DNA from: an uncultured Gammaproteobacteria bacterium
GTDB taxonomy: Bacteria; Patescibacteriota; Microgenomatia; UBA8517
Direction of reading: 5' to 3'
Assembly (NCBI GenBank): GCA_964599625.1
Contig: CAZRGC010000004.1
Location: 11,705 to 75,704 of the forward strand
Length of the DNA stretch: 64,000 bases
Below, in pieces: positions 28,282 through 37,411 of the stretch. Below the pieces are notes generated by a model that did no database searches, was not told the origin of the DNA, and saw only the letters and a list, made by a program, of their open reading frames with translations. The position numbers and the translations under genes were made by a program. Position 1 is the stretch's first letter. Each line of letters starts with the position of its first letter.

Positions 28282-29262
28282 ATGGACCGTGCAGACAACA
28301 CACCAGTTACCGAAAAAAGCCGGGCAACAGCTTTGGAATCTTTCAGGACTAGATACATGTTGTCTCGTGATTTTGTTTTACCTGTAGACACCGAAAGTGT
28401 ATTAAGATCACTTGGAAATATTCCAGAACCCACGATTAGGCCACTTGTTGACAATTCGGTTAACCATAAAGATCAACAAAAATGGCGATCGCAGTTTATT
28501 AAGTTATTTTACACAGACACAAGAAACAAAGGAGAGATAATTGCAGATAATATTTTGGCAAACATTGAGAGGGTTGATCAAAAAACATTTGAGGAATCAC
28601 TGATTAATTCATTCAGGGCTTCTCAACGGGTTCTAACTCCCCAGGTGCTTGAGAAATCCTCGATTGTTTATTTTTCGGGAGGTGGAGAAAGGAGTACTGT
28701 TTGGGCAAGAAACTTGCTTAAAGATCATTTTCCACAAGATCCGATTACCAAGGTTGGTTTTTTGGACTATTACAGGAAGGATATTCAAAATGAAGACACC
28801 GAAGTCGGAATAATTATGGATGACGCAACATACTCGGGTAAACAGGTTAAAGACCATATAAGACGTGGTAAGGAAAGGTTTGGATTAAAACGGTTTGTGG
28901 TGATTGTGCCGTTTGTTACACAAGATGCAATAGACATAGTTAATGCAACAGCTCAAAACGAAGGAGTCAAAATAGATATTTTTTACGACAGGAAAATGAA
29001 AACCGCAAGAGAAATTTTAGGTGAGGCCGACTATGACTATGTCAGAAAGATGTCCAATCCAGGCGTGTTAAACACAGGTCAGACATTAACTTATTTTGCA
29101 CACAAAGTACCTGACTTCAGGAGTCTTTTTCCGTATATTGGAAACACAAGGCATGCTGAAGAAGACTCTAGAATAAATCCTTTGATAAAAGAGACCCCTG
29201 CCGTTTATAAAAAAGAATATTTTGACTGGCTCAAGTCCGTTGGTTTTAAGGGATTCAAATAA
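28282..29262 (+). CDS. Hypothetical protein with phosphoribosyltransferase (PRT type I)-like PRPP-binding motif
   Basis: VGIIMDDATYSGKQV matches the PRPP loop pattern (hydrophobic x3-4, D-D, x3, S/T-G). Starts 3 nt after the previous gene. Confidence 0.35.
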   Translation: MDRADNTPVTEKSRATALESFRTRYMLSRDFVLPVDTESVLRSLGNIPEPTIRPLVDNSVNHKDQQKWRSQFIKLFYTDTRNKGEIIADNILANIERVDQKTFEESLINSFRASQRVLTPQVLEKSSIVYFSGGGERSTVWARNLLKDHFPQDPITKVGFLDYYRKDIQNEDTEVGIIMDDATYSGKQVKDHIRRGKERFGLKRFVVIVPFVTQDAIDIVNATAQNEGVKIDIFYDRKMKTAREILGEADYDYVRKMSNPGVLNTGQTLTYFAHKVPDFRSLFPYIGNTRHAEEDSRINPLIKETPAVYKKEYFDWLKSVGFKGFK

Positions 29263-29268
29263 TTAATT

Positions 29269-30759
29269 ATGTCAGCGGAAAACAAAAGTCCCAGAGAAGA
29301 ATTAAGGAGTCAAATATCCAAAATCCCCGGGATTTTTGAGGGTGACAGCGGGAGATGGTGGTTCAAGGCCTACAAATTCCTGAGACAACAGGAAAACGAA
29401 TTCAACAAGTTGTCTCCCGAAATCCAGTCTTCAATTTCGCCATATCTTGCAATGGCACTAGACCTTGTTAGAAAAGAAGTTGGTGACACCAATGCCAATA
29501 ATGAAGCAGACGACCTGTCGAGTGCTCACAGAGCCGAGGCTATTATTATGAAAATCTCATACGAAATGGCAAAAAGATTTGAACCGGAAATAGACGATAT
29601 AAGAGAGAACAGACTTTCAATAGATGAAATCCTAAAAGCAAAATCTGATATGTTCAGGCTCCGGGGGTCAATGTTTGGAATAAAACTTCCTGATGGAGAA
29701 AATTACTATGAGGTTAAGTTGCCGGACGAAAACACGATTTGGTACAAAGGCGGAGTTTCCAGGTTGGTTTTAAATATCTTGGCAGGCGCAAAACAGGAAG
29801 TAATAATGGGGGATCTGCCGCCAAACGATCATGACGGCATAGCAATAGGGGATTTTGCAAAAGCCCATGAATTGGCAACCCAAATGGGAATAGATGCGGA
29901 TGGACTTGAGATGTGGAAAGGAAAAGAGCTTGACTTTGCAAGGTTTTGTTTGGGTCGGGATTCGACTCAGAACCAAGTAATGTTTGGCCGTGACGGAATT
30001 CATTTTTCTGATGCGGCCATGGATGCTGCAGAATCGGGCTATACGGAAATCGTTGGAAAATATATTCCCGAAAAAGCAATATACGGTGTGGACGTTGTTT
30101 ATTTGAAAGGTGCAGAACTGGCCAAGCCCAGGGGGCAAATGAGGCTTATAAAAGCTTTGAGTGAAGGAAAAATTTTATCTTTTGAACACAAGCCTTTGTC
30201 CAATAACATGGACGTTAGCCTTTATGTGATGTTTTTGGCCAAAAGGTGGTCCAAAAAAGAAAACTTTACCGACCTTATGCAAAACATGTTTGAAGTTCTA
30301 AAAAGAATGGGGCATGTAAGGGAAGGTGAAAAAAATATTTTTCAGGTTTTAAAAAGGGCGCACACTACATATCCATTTTTTGACTTTGACAGCGAGGTGA
30401 AAGATATTACCGAGGTTGTACGCTGGAAATCCAGAAAAATTGTTAAACAAATAGATAGGGAATTTGCTTGGCAATATCCCAACGATATCCCGATTGATTT
30501 GGAAAGAGCTCCCAATGATACTGTCCCCATTAAGATCACTCTGGAGGGGTTTTCCCCTAAGCCGGAAATTGGGGAATGGATTAATGATAAATGGAAAAAG
30601 TATTTGGAACACTCAAGACGTGAATTTAGGGAATATCAAAATTCTGATTTAAGTTCCGTTGAGAGGATGTTCAAAAAAGCCGACCGGGTGGACTTTGAAG
30701 ATATGGGGCTAGGATCTTCTGAATCAGGAATGTTTGTCGAAGGCCGGCCGGAGATTTAG
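29269..30759 (+). CDS. Hypothetical protein (496 aa)
   Basis: ORF with a weak GG...D.D pattern (YKGGVSRL...GDLPPNDHD) that could hint at a nucleotidyltransferase fold. Not established. Confidence 0.3.
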   Translation: MSAENKSPREELRSQISKIPGIFEGDSGRWWFKAYKFLRQQENEFNKLSPEIQSSISPYLAMALDLVRKEVGDTNANNEADDLSSAHRAEAIIMKISYEMAKRFEPEIDDIRENRLSIDEILKAKSDMFRLRGSMFGIKLPDGENYYEVKLPDENTIWYKGGVSRLVLNILAGAKQEVIMGDLPPNDHDGIAIGDFAKAHELATQMGIDADGLEMWKGKELDFARFCLGRDSTQNQVMFGRDGIHFSDAAMDAAESGYTEIVGKYIPEKAIYGVDVVYLKGAELAKPRGQMRLIKALSEGKILSFEHKPLSNNMDVSLYVMFLAKRWSKKENFTDLMQNMFEVLKRMGHVREGEKNIFQVLKRAHTTYPFFDFDSEVKDITEVVRWKSRKIVKQIDREFAWQYPNDIPIDLERAPNDTVPIKITLEGFSPKPEIGEWINDKWKKYLEHSRREFREYQNSDLSSVERMFKKADRVDFEDMGLGSSESGMFVEGRPEI

Positions 30760-30775
30760 TGCTTTTCTTCGAGAT

Positions 30776-30784
30776 GCTAAAATA
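30776..30784 (+). promoter_or_regulatory. Extended -10 promoter TGCTAAAAT giving a leaderless ABC-F transcript
   Basis: TGnTAAAAT ends 5 nt before the ATG at 30790. Same motif as at 32262 and 48327. Confidence 0.5.
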
Positions 30785-30789
30785 GCCAC

Positions 30790-32253
30790 ATGATACAAGT
30801 GCAGGACATGACCTTTTCTTATGGCGACAAGCCGCTATACGAAAAAGTAAATTTCGTTATTGGCAAAGGCCAAAAAGTTGGAATTGTCGGACCAAACGGA
30901 AGCGGCAAATCAACACTGTTGTCTCTGATCCGTGGTGAGGAAGAAGGTTTTACGGGTCGCATAAAGACACAGGGTAAAATTGCCCTGGTTCCTCAGGAGA
31001 TTAAACATGACCCGGATATGGAAAAATCAAAAACAGTTAGGGAATATGTGGATTTCCAGAGTTTGTATGACGACCACGAGATTAAAAAAATGCTTATCGG
31101 TTTAGAGCTTACCCTCGATTTGGATAAAAATCCAAAAGTACTCAGCGGTGGGCAAAAAACAAAGTTGGCGCTGGCCCGCGCTCTTCTTCAGAAACCCGAA
31201 ATTCTACTTTTAGACGAACCGACTAATTTTATGGATGTGGAAGGCAAGGCCTGGGTAATGGATTTTTTATCAACTTACTCGGGGACGGTACTTTTAATTT
31301 CTCACGATTTGGAGCTTATGGACAGGCACCTCGATAAAATTTTGGCTGTCTCCTCGTATAACTCGGAGATAAAAGAATACACGGGCAATTACTCCAATTA
31401 CCTTAAGCTCAAGAAAGACTACGAAGAAAAACAGAGAAGGGATAGGCGAATTGCTGAGCGCCACATAGCAAGGCTTGAAGATCATTATAAAAAAATGTCT
31501 AAGTTCGATTCCAAAAAATCAATTCTACGGAGAAAAATTGAAAGGGAAAAAAATACACTTCCAGAAGTTCCAGCTGAAATCAAAAAAATCAAAATTAGTT
31601 TACCCGAACCAAAGAGAGCAGGGGAAGTAATTATAAAAGCAACCGACATATCAAAAAGTTACAAAGACAAAAACGTTTTGGTGGATCTAAATTTTACGAT
31701 TTTAAGAAATGAAAGAATCACACTTGTTGGGCCTAACGGGGCAGGAAAAAGCACGCTGATTAAAGTACTTACAGGGATGGTTGCGCCAGATGCTGGTCAG
31801 GTTTTCCGTGACCAAAATTTATTGGTGGGTTATTACTCCCAGGAGTTTGAAAATTTTGATTTTACAAAAACTGTAATGCAAATTTTTTGTGAAAAAACAG
31901 GGCGCCCTGAGAACTTTGCCAGAAGTTTTTTGGGTAGATTTATGCTTTCGGGAAACAAAGTCTTTCAAAAGGTGGAAAGCCTTTCGGGAGGAGAAAAGAC
32001 AAGACTTTCGATTGCAATTCTTACTGCAGGGGAAAATAACTTGTTAATTTTGGACGAGCCGACTACGTATTTGGATGTTCTGAGTCAAAGAATAATTTTG
32101 GAAACTTTAAAGCAGTACCAGGGGACAATGATTTTGGTTTCTCATACACCTGAATTTGTAAAAGAACTAAAGCCAACCAAGGCATTTGTCTTTCCCGAGC
32201 AAAAGATGAAGTTTTGGGACGATGCGATCTTGAATAAGGTAGATGAGATTTAG
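30790..32253 (+). CDS. ABC-F family ATPase (translation factor-type, two NBDs, no TMD)
   Basis: Two Walker A sites (GPNGSGKST, GPNGAGKST). Two ABC signatures (LSGGQKTKLALARAL, LSGGEKTRLSIAIL). Inter-domain linker. Confidence 0.9.
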   Translation: MIQVQDMTFSYGDKPLYEKVNFVIGKGQKVGIVGPNGSGKSTLLSLIRGEEEGFTGRIKTQGKIALVPQEIKHDPDMEKSKTVREYVDFQSLYDDHEIKKMLIGLELTLDLDKNPKVLSGGQKTKLALARALLQKPEILLLDEPTNFMDVEGKAWVMDFLSTYSGTVLLISHDLELMDRHLDKILAVSSYNSEIKEYTGNYSNYLKLKKDYEEKQRRDRRIAERHIARLEDHYKKMSKFDSKKSILRRKIEREKNTLPEVPAEIKKIKISLPEPKRAGEVIIKATDISKSYKDKNVLVDLNFTILRNERITLVGPNGAGKSTLIKVLTGMVAPDAGQVFRDQNLLVGYYSQEFENFDFTKTVMQIFCEKTGRPENFARSFLGRFMLSGNKVFQKVESLSGGEKTRLSIAILTAGENNLLILDEPTTYLDVLSQRIILETLKQYQGTMILVSHTPEFVKELKPTKAFVFPEQKMKFWDDAILNKVDEI

Positions 32254-32261
32254 TCTGGAAA

Positions 32262-32270
32262 TGCTAAAAT
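32262..32270 (+). promoter_or_regulatory. Extended -10 promoter TGCTAAAAT upstream of ychF (near-leaderless)
   Basis: ATGCTAAAATAGCCCCATATG. The -10 ends 8 nt before the ATG at 32279. Confidence 0.5.
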
Positions 32271-32278
32271 AGCCCCAT

Positions 32279-33382
32279 ATGTCACTTTCTGTAGGAATTG
32301 TTGGTCTGCCTAATGTGGGGAAGTCCACGCTTTTTAATGCACTTCTCAAAAAGCAGCAGGCTTATGTTGCCAATTTTCCTTTTGCCACGATTGAACCAAA
32401 CATTGGAATCGTTCCGGTTCCCGACGAAAGACTTGGTAAACTTGCAGAAACTACAAAAAAGTCGGAAGGAATGAGTTCGCTTCCGCCAGAAGTTCCCGCA
32501 ACCGTTGAGTTTGTGGACATTGCAGGACTCATTGCGGGTGCAAGCAAAGGTGAGGGATTGGGGAATAAATTCTTGAGCCATATAAGAGAAACCTCCGCAA
32601 TTTGTCATGTACTTCGGGCTTTTTCCGATGCAGACATTGTTAAGCAGGGAATTACCGACCCCAAAACAGATTTGGAAACAATAGAAACAGAACTGGCCTT
32701 GGCCGACTTTCAGACATTGGAAAATCAAAAAGACCCGGGGCATACGTTGGACAAGGAACAACTAAAGCGCTGGGAAATAATCCAAAAACTCAAGAACGAA
32801 GTACAAAAAGGAGTTCCTGCAAGGGAAGTGGAGTTTACAGAAGAAGAGCAAAAAATTGTAAAGCAGTTGAGTCTTTTGACCAGCAAACCCATTATGGTTG
32901 TTTTGAACGTAGACGAAAATTCACTTAAAGATGCGTCAAGAATTGAAATTGAATACGCAGAAAAGTTGAAGCTCAACCCCGATCAGATTGTTGTTATCTG
33001 CGCTAAGACAGAGTCAGAACTTTCGGACCTTTCCCTCGAGGACCAAAAAATATACATGGAAGACCTGGGAATTAAAAAGTCGGGCTTGGAGCGCCTTATC
33101 CAAAAAGCATTTAAAACTTTGGGACTTATTACTTTTCTCACGGCTGGGGAGAAGGAAGTACGGGCTTGGACGATTAAAAACGGATTTACGGCTCCCGAGG
33201 CCGCCGGGACAATTCACACCGATTTCATCAAAAAGTTCATTAAGGCTGATGTTTGCGATTTTGAAAGCTTTGTCGGTCTTGATGGCTGGAAATTGGCGCG
33301 CGAAGGAGGAAAAGTAAGGAGTGAGGGTAAGGATTACATAATGAAAGACGGAGATGTAACGGAGTTCAAGATTGGGGCTTAG
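32279..33382 (+). CDS. ychF: Ribosome-binding ATPase YchF (Obg-like)
   Basis: G1 motif GLPNVGKST. NxxD variant. C-terminal TGS domain (DFIKADV...GDVTEFKIG). Confidence 0.95.
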   Translation: MSLSVGIVGLPNVGKSTLFNALLKKQQAYVANFPFATIEPNIGIVPVPDERLGKLAETTKKSEGMSSLPPEVPATVEFVDIAGLIAGASKGEGLGNKFLSHIRETSAICHVLRAFSDADIVKQGITDPKTDLETIETELALADFQTLENQKDPGHTLDKEQLKRWEIIQKLKNEVQKGVPAREVEFTEEEQKIVKQLSLLTSKPIMVVLNVDENSLKDASRIEIEYAEKLKLNPDQIVVICAKTESELSDLSLEDQKIYMEDLGIKKSGLERLIQKAFKTLGLITFLTAGEKEVRAWTIKNGFTAPEAAGTIHTDFIKKFIKADVCDFESFVGLDGWKLAREGGKVRSEGKDYIMKDGDVTEFKIGA

Positions 33383-34047
33383 TCGTGTTTACCTTCAAAA
33401 ACACCCAACTCTTCCAGATGGTTTAAAGCAGAAACAATTACTCTTTTGTCAGGGTTGTCCAAACGGCTTCCGTCTGGTCTTTTGTAGTTGTCTATAAATT
33501 TCAATGCTTTTTCTTTATCCCAACCAAAATGACTTGCGTTTGGGACATCTACATAATACTCACCACCATCGGATCCCACCATATAGTTTACAGGGGCAGC
33601 GTCAAACCAAGTGTTCATACCTGCCTTTTCCATTGTTTGTTCGATATTTTCAAAAGGATATTTGATCCTGGTATCCTTTTCGTTGACCATTTGCCTTTCG
33701 GTTGCTCCGTGGAAAGCGCTTGGGGGACTAGAGTAGTAAGTAGACTTGAACCTTGGAAAATTGTGAGGGAACAGTGTTGCAAGAATTCTTTGCGTATGAA
33801 AAATAACTTTGGCACGGCTTTCGGGAATATCTCTGTAATTGAATGCGGTTACAAATCTGTCCTGACCTTGGTGTTTAACAACTACAACTTCGTGGCCATT
33901 TCCGACAAAATCTAGCTCCGACTTTTTGTTGACCTCATGACCTATAACATACAGCTCCCCTATGGTCTTATGAACGTTTTTTGGTGTTCTTCTATAAAAT
34001 TCCCGTGCGAAAGTCTTCATTTTTGGTTCTCGGGGAGGCACTTCCAT
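33379..34047 (-). CDS. Hypothetical protein (222 aa)
   Basis: Convergent ORF overlapping the ychF stop by 4 nt. No recognisable domain. Confidence 0.35.
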   Translation of the reverse strand: MEVPPREPKMKTFAREFYRRTPKNVHKTIGELYVIGHEVNKKSELDFVGNGHEVVVVKHQGQDRFVTAFNYRDIPESRAKVIFHTQRILATLFPHNFPRFKSTYYSSPPSAFHGATERQMVNEKDTRIKYPFENIEQTMEKAGMNTWFDAAPVNYMVGSDGGEYYVDVPNASHFGWDKEKALKFIDNYKRPDGSRLDNPDKRVIVSALNHLEELGVFEGKHD

Positions 34048-34125
34048 AAGCCATTATATACTCATATCTCTCGCCGTCGTAGGATCGACGTAGCCATATT
34101 TCTATTGCTTGGCAGGCTTACAGCG

Positions 34126-34134
34126 TGTTATACT
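34126..34134 (+). promoter_or_regulatory. Extended -10 promoter TGTTATACT for the rpsF-ssb-rpsR operon (leaderless)
   Basis: TGnTATACT ends 7 nt before the rpsF ATG (34142). TTGCTT lies 19 nt upstream as a possible -35. Confidence 0.45.
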
Positions 34135-34141
34135 AGCCACT

Positions 34142-34423
34142 ATGAATAAATACGAACTTACTTTGGTTCTGGACGGCAAAGCAGGAGCCGCCAAAAAGAA
34201 GAAAGTAACAGAAACTTTGGAAAAAAATCTGGAAGCACTCAAGGGCAAAGTTACAGAATCTAAAGATTGGGGAGTTAAGGATTTGGCCTACAAGATGGGC
34301 AAAAGCACGACTGGTCTTTACCTGTATTTTGAATTAGAATTAGACGGCAAGGGAGCAAAAGCCCTTAACGAAAAGCTTAGAGTTGATTCCGAGATTTTGA
34401 GGTTTTTGGTAGTCAAACAATAA
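34142..34423 (+). CDS. rpsF: 30S ribosomal protein S6
   Basis: MNKYELTLVLDG...YLYFEL S6 pattern. The ORF is open from 34109 but the conserved start is at 34142. Confidence 0.85.
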   Translation: MNKYELTLVLDGKAGAAKKKKVTETLEKNLEALKGKVTESKDWGVKDLAYKMGKSTTGLYLYFELELDGKGAKALNEKLRVDSEILRFLVVKQ

Positions 34424-34906
34424 ATGGCACGAAGTCTTAATAAGGTAATGTTGATCGGGAATCTTACAAGAGACCCGGAGATGCGCTACACACCCCAGGG
34501 AACTGCGGTTTGTAGTTTTGGTCTTGCAACCAACAGACAATGGACTACCGAAAGTGGTGAAAAGAAAGACGAAGCAGAGTTTCATAACTTAGTTGCCTGG
34601 AATAAGTTGGCAGAGATCTGTTCACAACTTTTGAAAAAGGGAAGAAAAGTTTATGTTGAAGGGCGTCTGGCAACTCGCAGTTGGCAGGGCCAAGACGGAA
34701 GTCAAAAGCAAAGAACCGAAGTTGTGATTAGTGATATGGTGATTCTCGACAAAAAAGGAGATGAGCCGGGCGAGGTTGATTTGGGTGAGCCGATGGTAGA
34801 AAGCCAAGTAGCACCCGAAGAGGCATCACAAGCACCAGCAAAATCAGGAAAGAAAAAAGCAGAAGAAACTGTAGAAGAAGTTTCAGAAGAAGACATACCT
34901 TTTTAA
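34424..34906 (+). CDS. ssb: Single-stranded DNA-binding protein
   Basis: OB fold (NKVMLIGNLTRDPE...). Acidic tail ending in DIPF. Confidence 0.9.
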   Translation: MARSLNKVMLIGNLTRDPEMRYTPQGTAVCSFGLATNRQWTTESGEKKDEAEFHNLVAWNKLAEICSQLLKKGRKVYVEGRLATRSWQGQDGSQKQRTEVVISDMVILDKKGDEPGEVDLGEPMVESQVAPEEASQAPAKSGKKKAEETVEEVSEEDIPF

Positions 34907-34918
34907 TAATTTACTAAA

Positions 34919-35170
34919 GTGGCAAAGAAAGACAAAAAAAGAAAAGCAAGATTAGTACTAAAGCCGGTTCCGGTGAATTGTCCTTTTGACAAAACAGGCC
35001 AGGATCCTGATTACAAGGATATTGAAACTTTGTCCAAATATATCAGTGACAGAGCAAAAGTTGTAAGCAAGGACAGAACAGGCGTTTGCTCCAAACATCA
35101 AAGAAAGATTGCGGTTGCAATCAAACGAGCAAGACACTTGGGCCTCCTTCCATTTACTCCTCAGATTTAA
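34919..35170 (+). CDS. rpsR: 30S ribosomal protein S18
   Basis: DYKDIETLSKYISDRAKV...KHQRKIAVAIKRARHLGLLPF. Confidence 0.9.
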   Translation: MAKKDKKRKARLVLKPVPVNCPFDKTGQDPDYKDIETLSKYISDRAKVVSKDRTGVCSKHQRKIAVAIKRARHLGLLPFTPQI

Positions 35171-35215
35171 TTTTGATTATTGAGCAGTAGGTGTAAAACC
35201 GATACTATCATTTGT

Positions 35216-36451
35216 ATGTCTTTTAAGGCCAACTTCTCCAAAGTAAGAAATATTCTTCTTTCCGTTTTTGTTTTGGTTTTTGTTTTTTCTGGGGGTTATA
35301 CACTCGGCCACAGCGGATTCAAAGTGCAGGTCGACCAGGCTTACAAAGTAAAAATTGACAGGGATGTTCCCCCCGAAAAAGACGTTGACTTTAAGCTTTT
35401 TTGGCAGGTTTGGGACACATTAAGCGAACAATATTTTGATAAATCCAAACTTATTCCGGGTGAGATGGTGTATGGTGCCATCGAGGGTATGGTTTCTGCA
35501 CTTGGGGACCCATACACAATGTTTCTTCCTCCCAAAGAAAACAAAATTGTAGACGAGGATCTTAGCGGAAAATTCCAGGGTGTGGGAATGCAACTTGGTT
35601 TCAGAAACGACAAGTTGGCAGTTATGGCCCCCTTGGAAGGGTCGCCTGCAGAAGCGGCAGGGGTAAAGGCGGGGGATTATATTGTTCACATTACAGACAA
35701 GGATAAAGGTGTAGACATGAATACAAATGGGATTGCGCTTCCTTTGGCAGTGCAAACAATAAGAGGTGATGCAGGAACAAAAGTAACAATCACGTTCATT
35801 AGAGATGGAGTGAATAAACCAATTGTCTTGGAACTAACACGCGCACAACTCAATTTTCCGTCGGTATCGCTTACCTATGTCGGAAAAGACAAAAACATCG
35901 CAAGAATAAGAGTTGCCAAATTTGATGCGGACACGCCGCAGGAGTGGGACAAATCCGTGAATGAAATAATCACAAAGGGTGACGTCAAAGGTGTAATCTT
36001 GGATCTTAGAAACAACCCGGGCGGTTATTTGCAGGCTGCTGTGGACATTGCAGGGGATTTCATGCCCACAGGGTCACTTGTGGTCAAAGAGGCCAAAGGT
36101 GACGGAACCGAGCATGACTACAAAACCGATACATTGCCTAGGCTTGAAAAATACAAAACAGTGGTTTTGATAAACGGCGGAAGCGCTTCTGCATCAGAAA
36201 TTCTTTCGGGTGCACTTCGAGACCAAAAAGGAATCAAGCTTTATGGAGAAAAGAGTTTTGGTAAAGGCACAGTACAGGTTCCTTTAGATATTCCGGGTGG
36301 GAGCGGCCTCCATGTTACTGTTGCCAGATGGCTCACACCTGCCGGGACTTGGGTTCACGGAAAAGGTCTTGAGCCAGACACTGTTATCGAAATCAAAGAA
36401 GATGACACAGAAGATGTTCAACTCCAGGGAGCTGTTGATAGTTTCAAATAA
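35216..36451 (+). CDS. Carboxy-terminal processing peptidase (S41, CtpA-like)
   Basis: N-terminal TM. PDZ domain (GVGMQLG...GSPAEAAGVKAGD). S41 catalytic region VLINGGSASASEI...FGKGTVQ. ORF open from 35180. Confidence 0.85.
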   Translation: MSFKANFSKVRNILLSVFVLVFVFSGGYTLGHSGFKVQVDQAYKVKIDRDVPPEKDVDFKLFWQVWDTLSEQYFDKSKLIPGEMVYGAIEGMVSALGDPYTMFLPPKENKIVDEDLSGKFQGVGMQLGFRNDKLAVMAPLEGSPAEAAGVKAGDYIVHITDKDKGVDMNTNGIALPLAVQTIRGDAGTKVTITFIRDGVNKPIVLELTRAQLNFPSVSLTYVGKDKNIARIRVAKFDADTPQEWDKSVNEIITKGDVKGVILDLRNNPGGYLQAAVDIAGDFMPTGSLVVKEAKGDGTEHDYKTDTLPRLEKYKTVVLINGGSASASEILSGALRDQKGIKLYGEKSFGKGTVQVPLDIPGGSGLHVTVARWLTPAGTWVHGKGLEPDTVIEIKEDDTEDVQLQGAVDSFK

Positions 36452-36487
36452 TTTGAGTTTTTGACTTCAAAGGTTTACCATTCCTCT

Positions 36488-36700
36488 ATGAATAAAGAAA
36501 TTATCGAGCGTATCAAAGAGGGGATTAGGTTTGCTACCCAAAAACCAAGTGTGGCTGATTCAGTTTTAGATCCTATTCAGGAAAAGATCTTTGAAGTTGT
36601 GGACACAAAAGTCAAACCTATGTTAACTCGGCCTGGAGACAAATCTGGCAGAAGGTTTTTGTATGTTGACCCCAGAATCGATATTAAAGAAGTAGAGTAA
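36488..36700 (+). CDS. Small hypothetical protein (about 70 aa)
   Basis: Short ORF (open from 36461). No recognisable motif. Confidence 0.3.
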   Translation: MNKEIIERIKEGIRFATQKPSVADSVLDPIQEKIFEVVDTKVKPMLTRPGDKSGRRFLYVDPRIDIKEVE

Positions 36701-37396
36701 TTATTGGATGGTTTTGGTGAGCTCAGTTACTTTGTCCAAGTCTCCGTCTACAATTAGTTCTAATTTTCCCCATGATTTGCCCAATCTATGATCTGTAACC
36801 CTGTCTTGGGGGTAGTTGTATGTTCTAATCTTCTCGCTTCTCATCCCGCGTCCTATGGCGGATCTGTAGCCTGCAATTGTCCTCAACTTTTCTTCTTCCT
36901 CCCGTTCCCAGAGCTTAGATCTCAAAAGTGATAGTGCAATTTGTCTGTTTTGCTCCTGAAATCGCTCTTCGCGTGCAGTTACAACGATTCCGGTGGGTTT
37001 GTGGGTAAGCCTAACTGCTGTTGCGACCTTGTTTACATTCTGACCCCCATGCCCGCCACCAGTTGTGAATTGCCACTCAAGATCTTGCTGGTTGATGCTT
37101 ACTTCTGCCTCTTTTACTTCCGGGAGAACAACTACTGTGGCTGTGGAGGTGTGGATTCTTCCTCTTTTTTCGGTGTCGGGGACTCTTTGCACTCTGTGGA
37201 CTCCTGATTCGTTTTTGAGGACACCAAAGACACCCACGCCTGATATCCTGACGGTCTTTTCATCAAGTTGGATAAGTTTCCAGTTCTTTTTGAGCGCGTA
37301 GCGCATATACATTCTAAGAAGATCAGCCCCCCAAAGCTTGGCTTCGTCGCCACCTGTGGCTCCGCGGATTTCCAAATATACGGTAGAATTTTCCAT
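36701..37396 (-). CDS. Class I peptide chain release factor (RF1-like) lacking N-terminal domain 1
   Basis: GGQ motif ([12 protein letters not shown]). Codon-reader region [20 protein letters not shown] aligns with RF1 [20 protein letters not shown]. Starts at the domain-2 equivalent ([13 protein letters not shown]). The gene begins 15 nt after the rpmE stop, with no in-frame upstream extension. Confidence 0.8.
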   Translation of the reverse strand: MENSTVYLEIRGATGGDEAKLWGADLLRMYMRYALKKNWKLIQLDEKTVRISGVGVFGVLKNESGVHRVQRVPDTEKRGRIHTSTATVVVLPEVKEAEVSINQQDLEWQFTTGGGHGGQNVNKVATAVRLTHKPTGIVVTAREERFQEQNRQIALSLLRSKLWEREEEEKLRTIAGYRSAIGRGMRSEKIRTYNYPQDRVTDHRLGKSWGKLELIVDGDLDKVTELTKTIQ

Positions 37397-37411
37397 GGGG
37401 GGTGGCCGGTG

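Noticed and set aside
29269-30759. Calling the 496-aa protein a nucleotidyltransferase (pol-beta/CD-NTase-like)
   Set aside because: Only a loose GG...D.D spacing (19 residues between Gly and Asp) was found. It does not meet the hG[GS]x9-13Dh[DE]h pattern, so it is not called.
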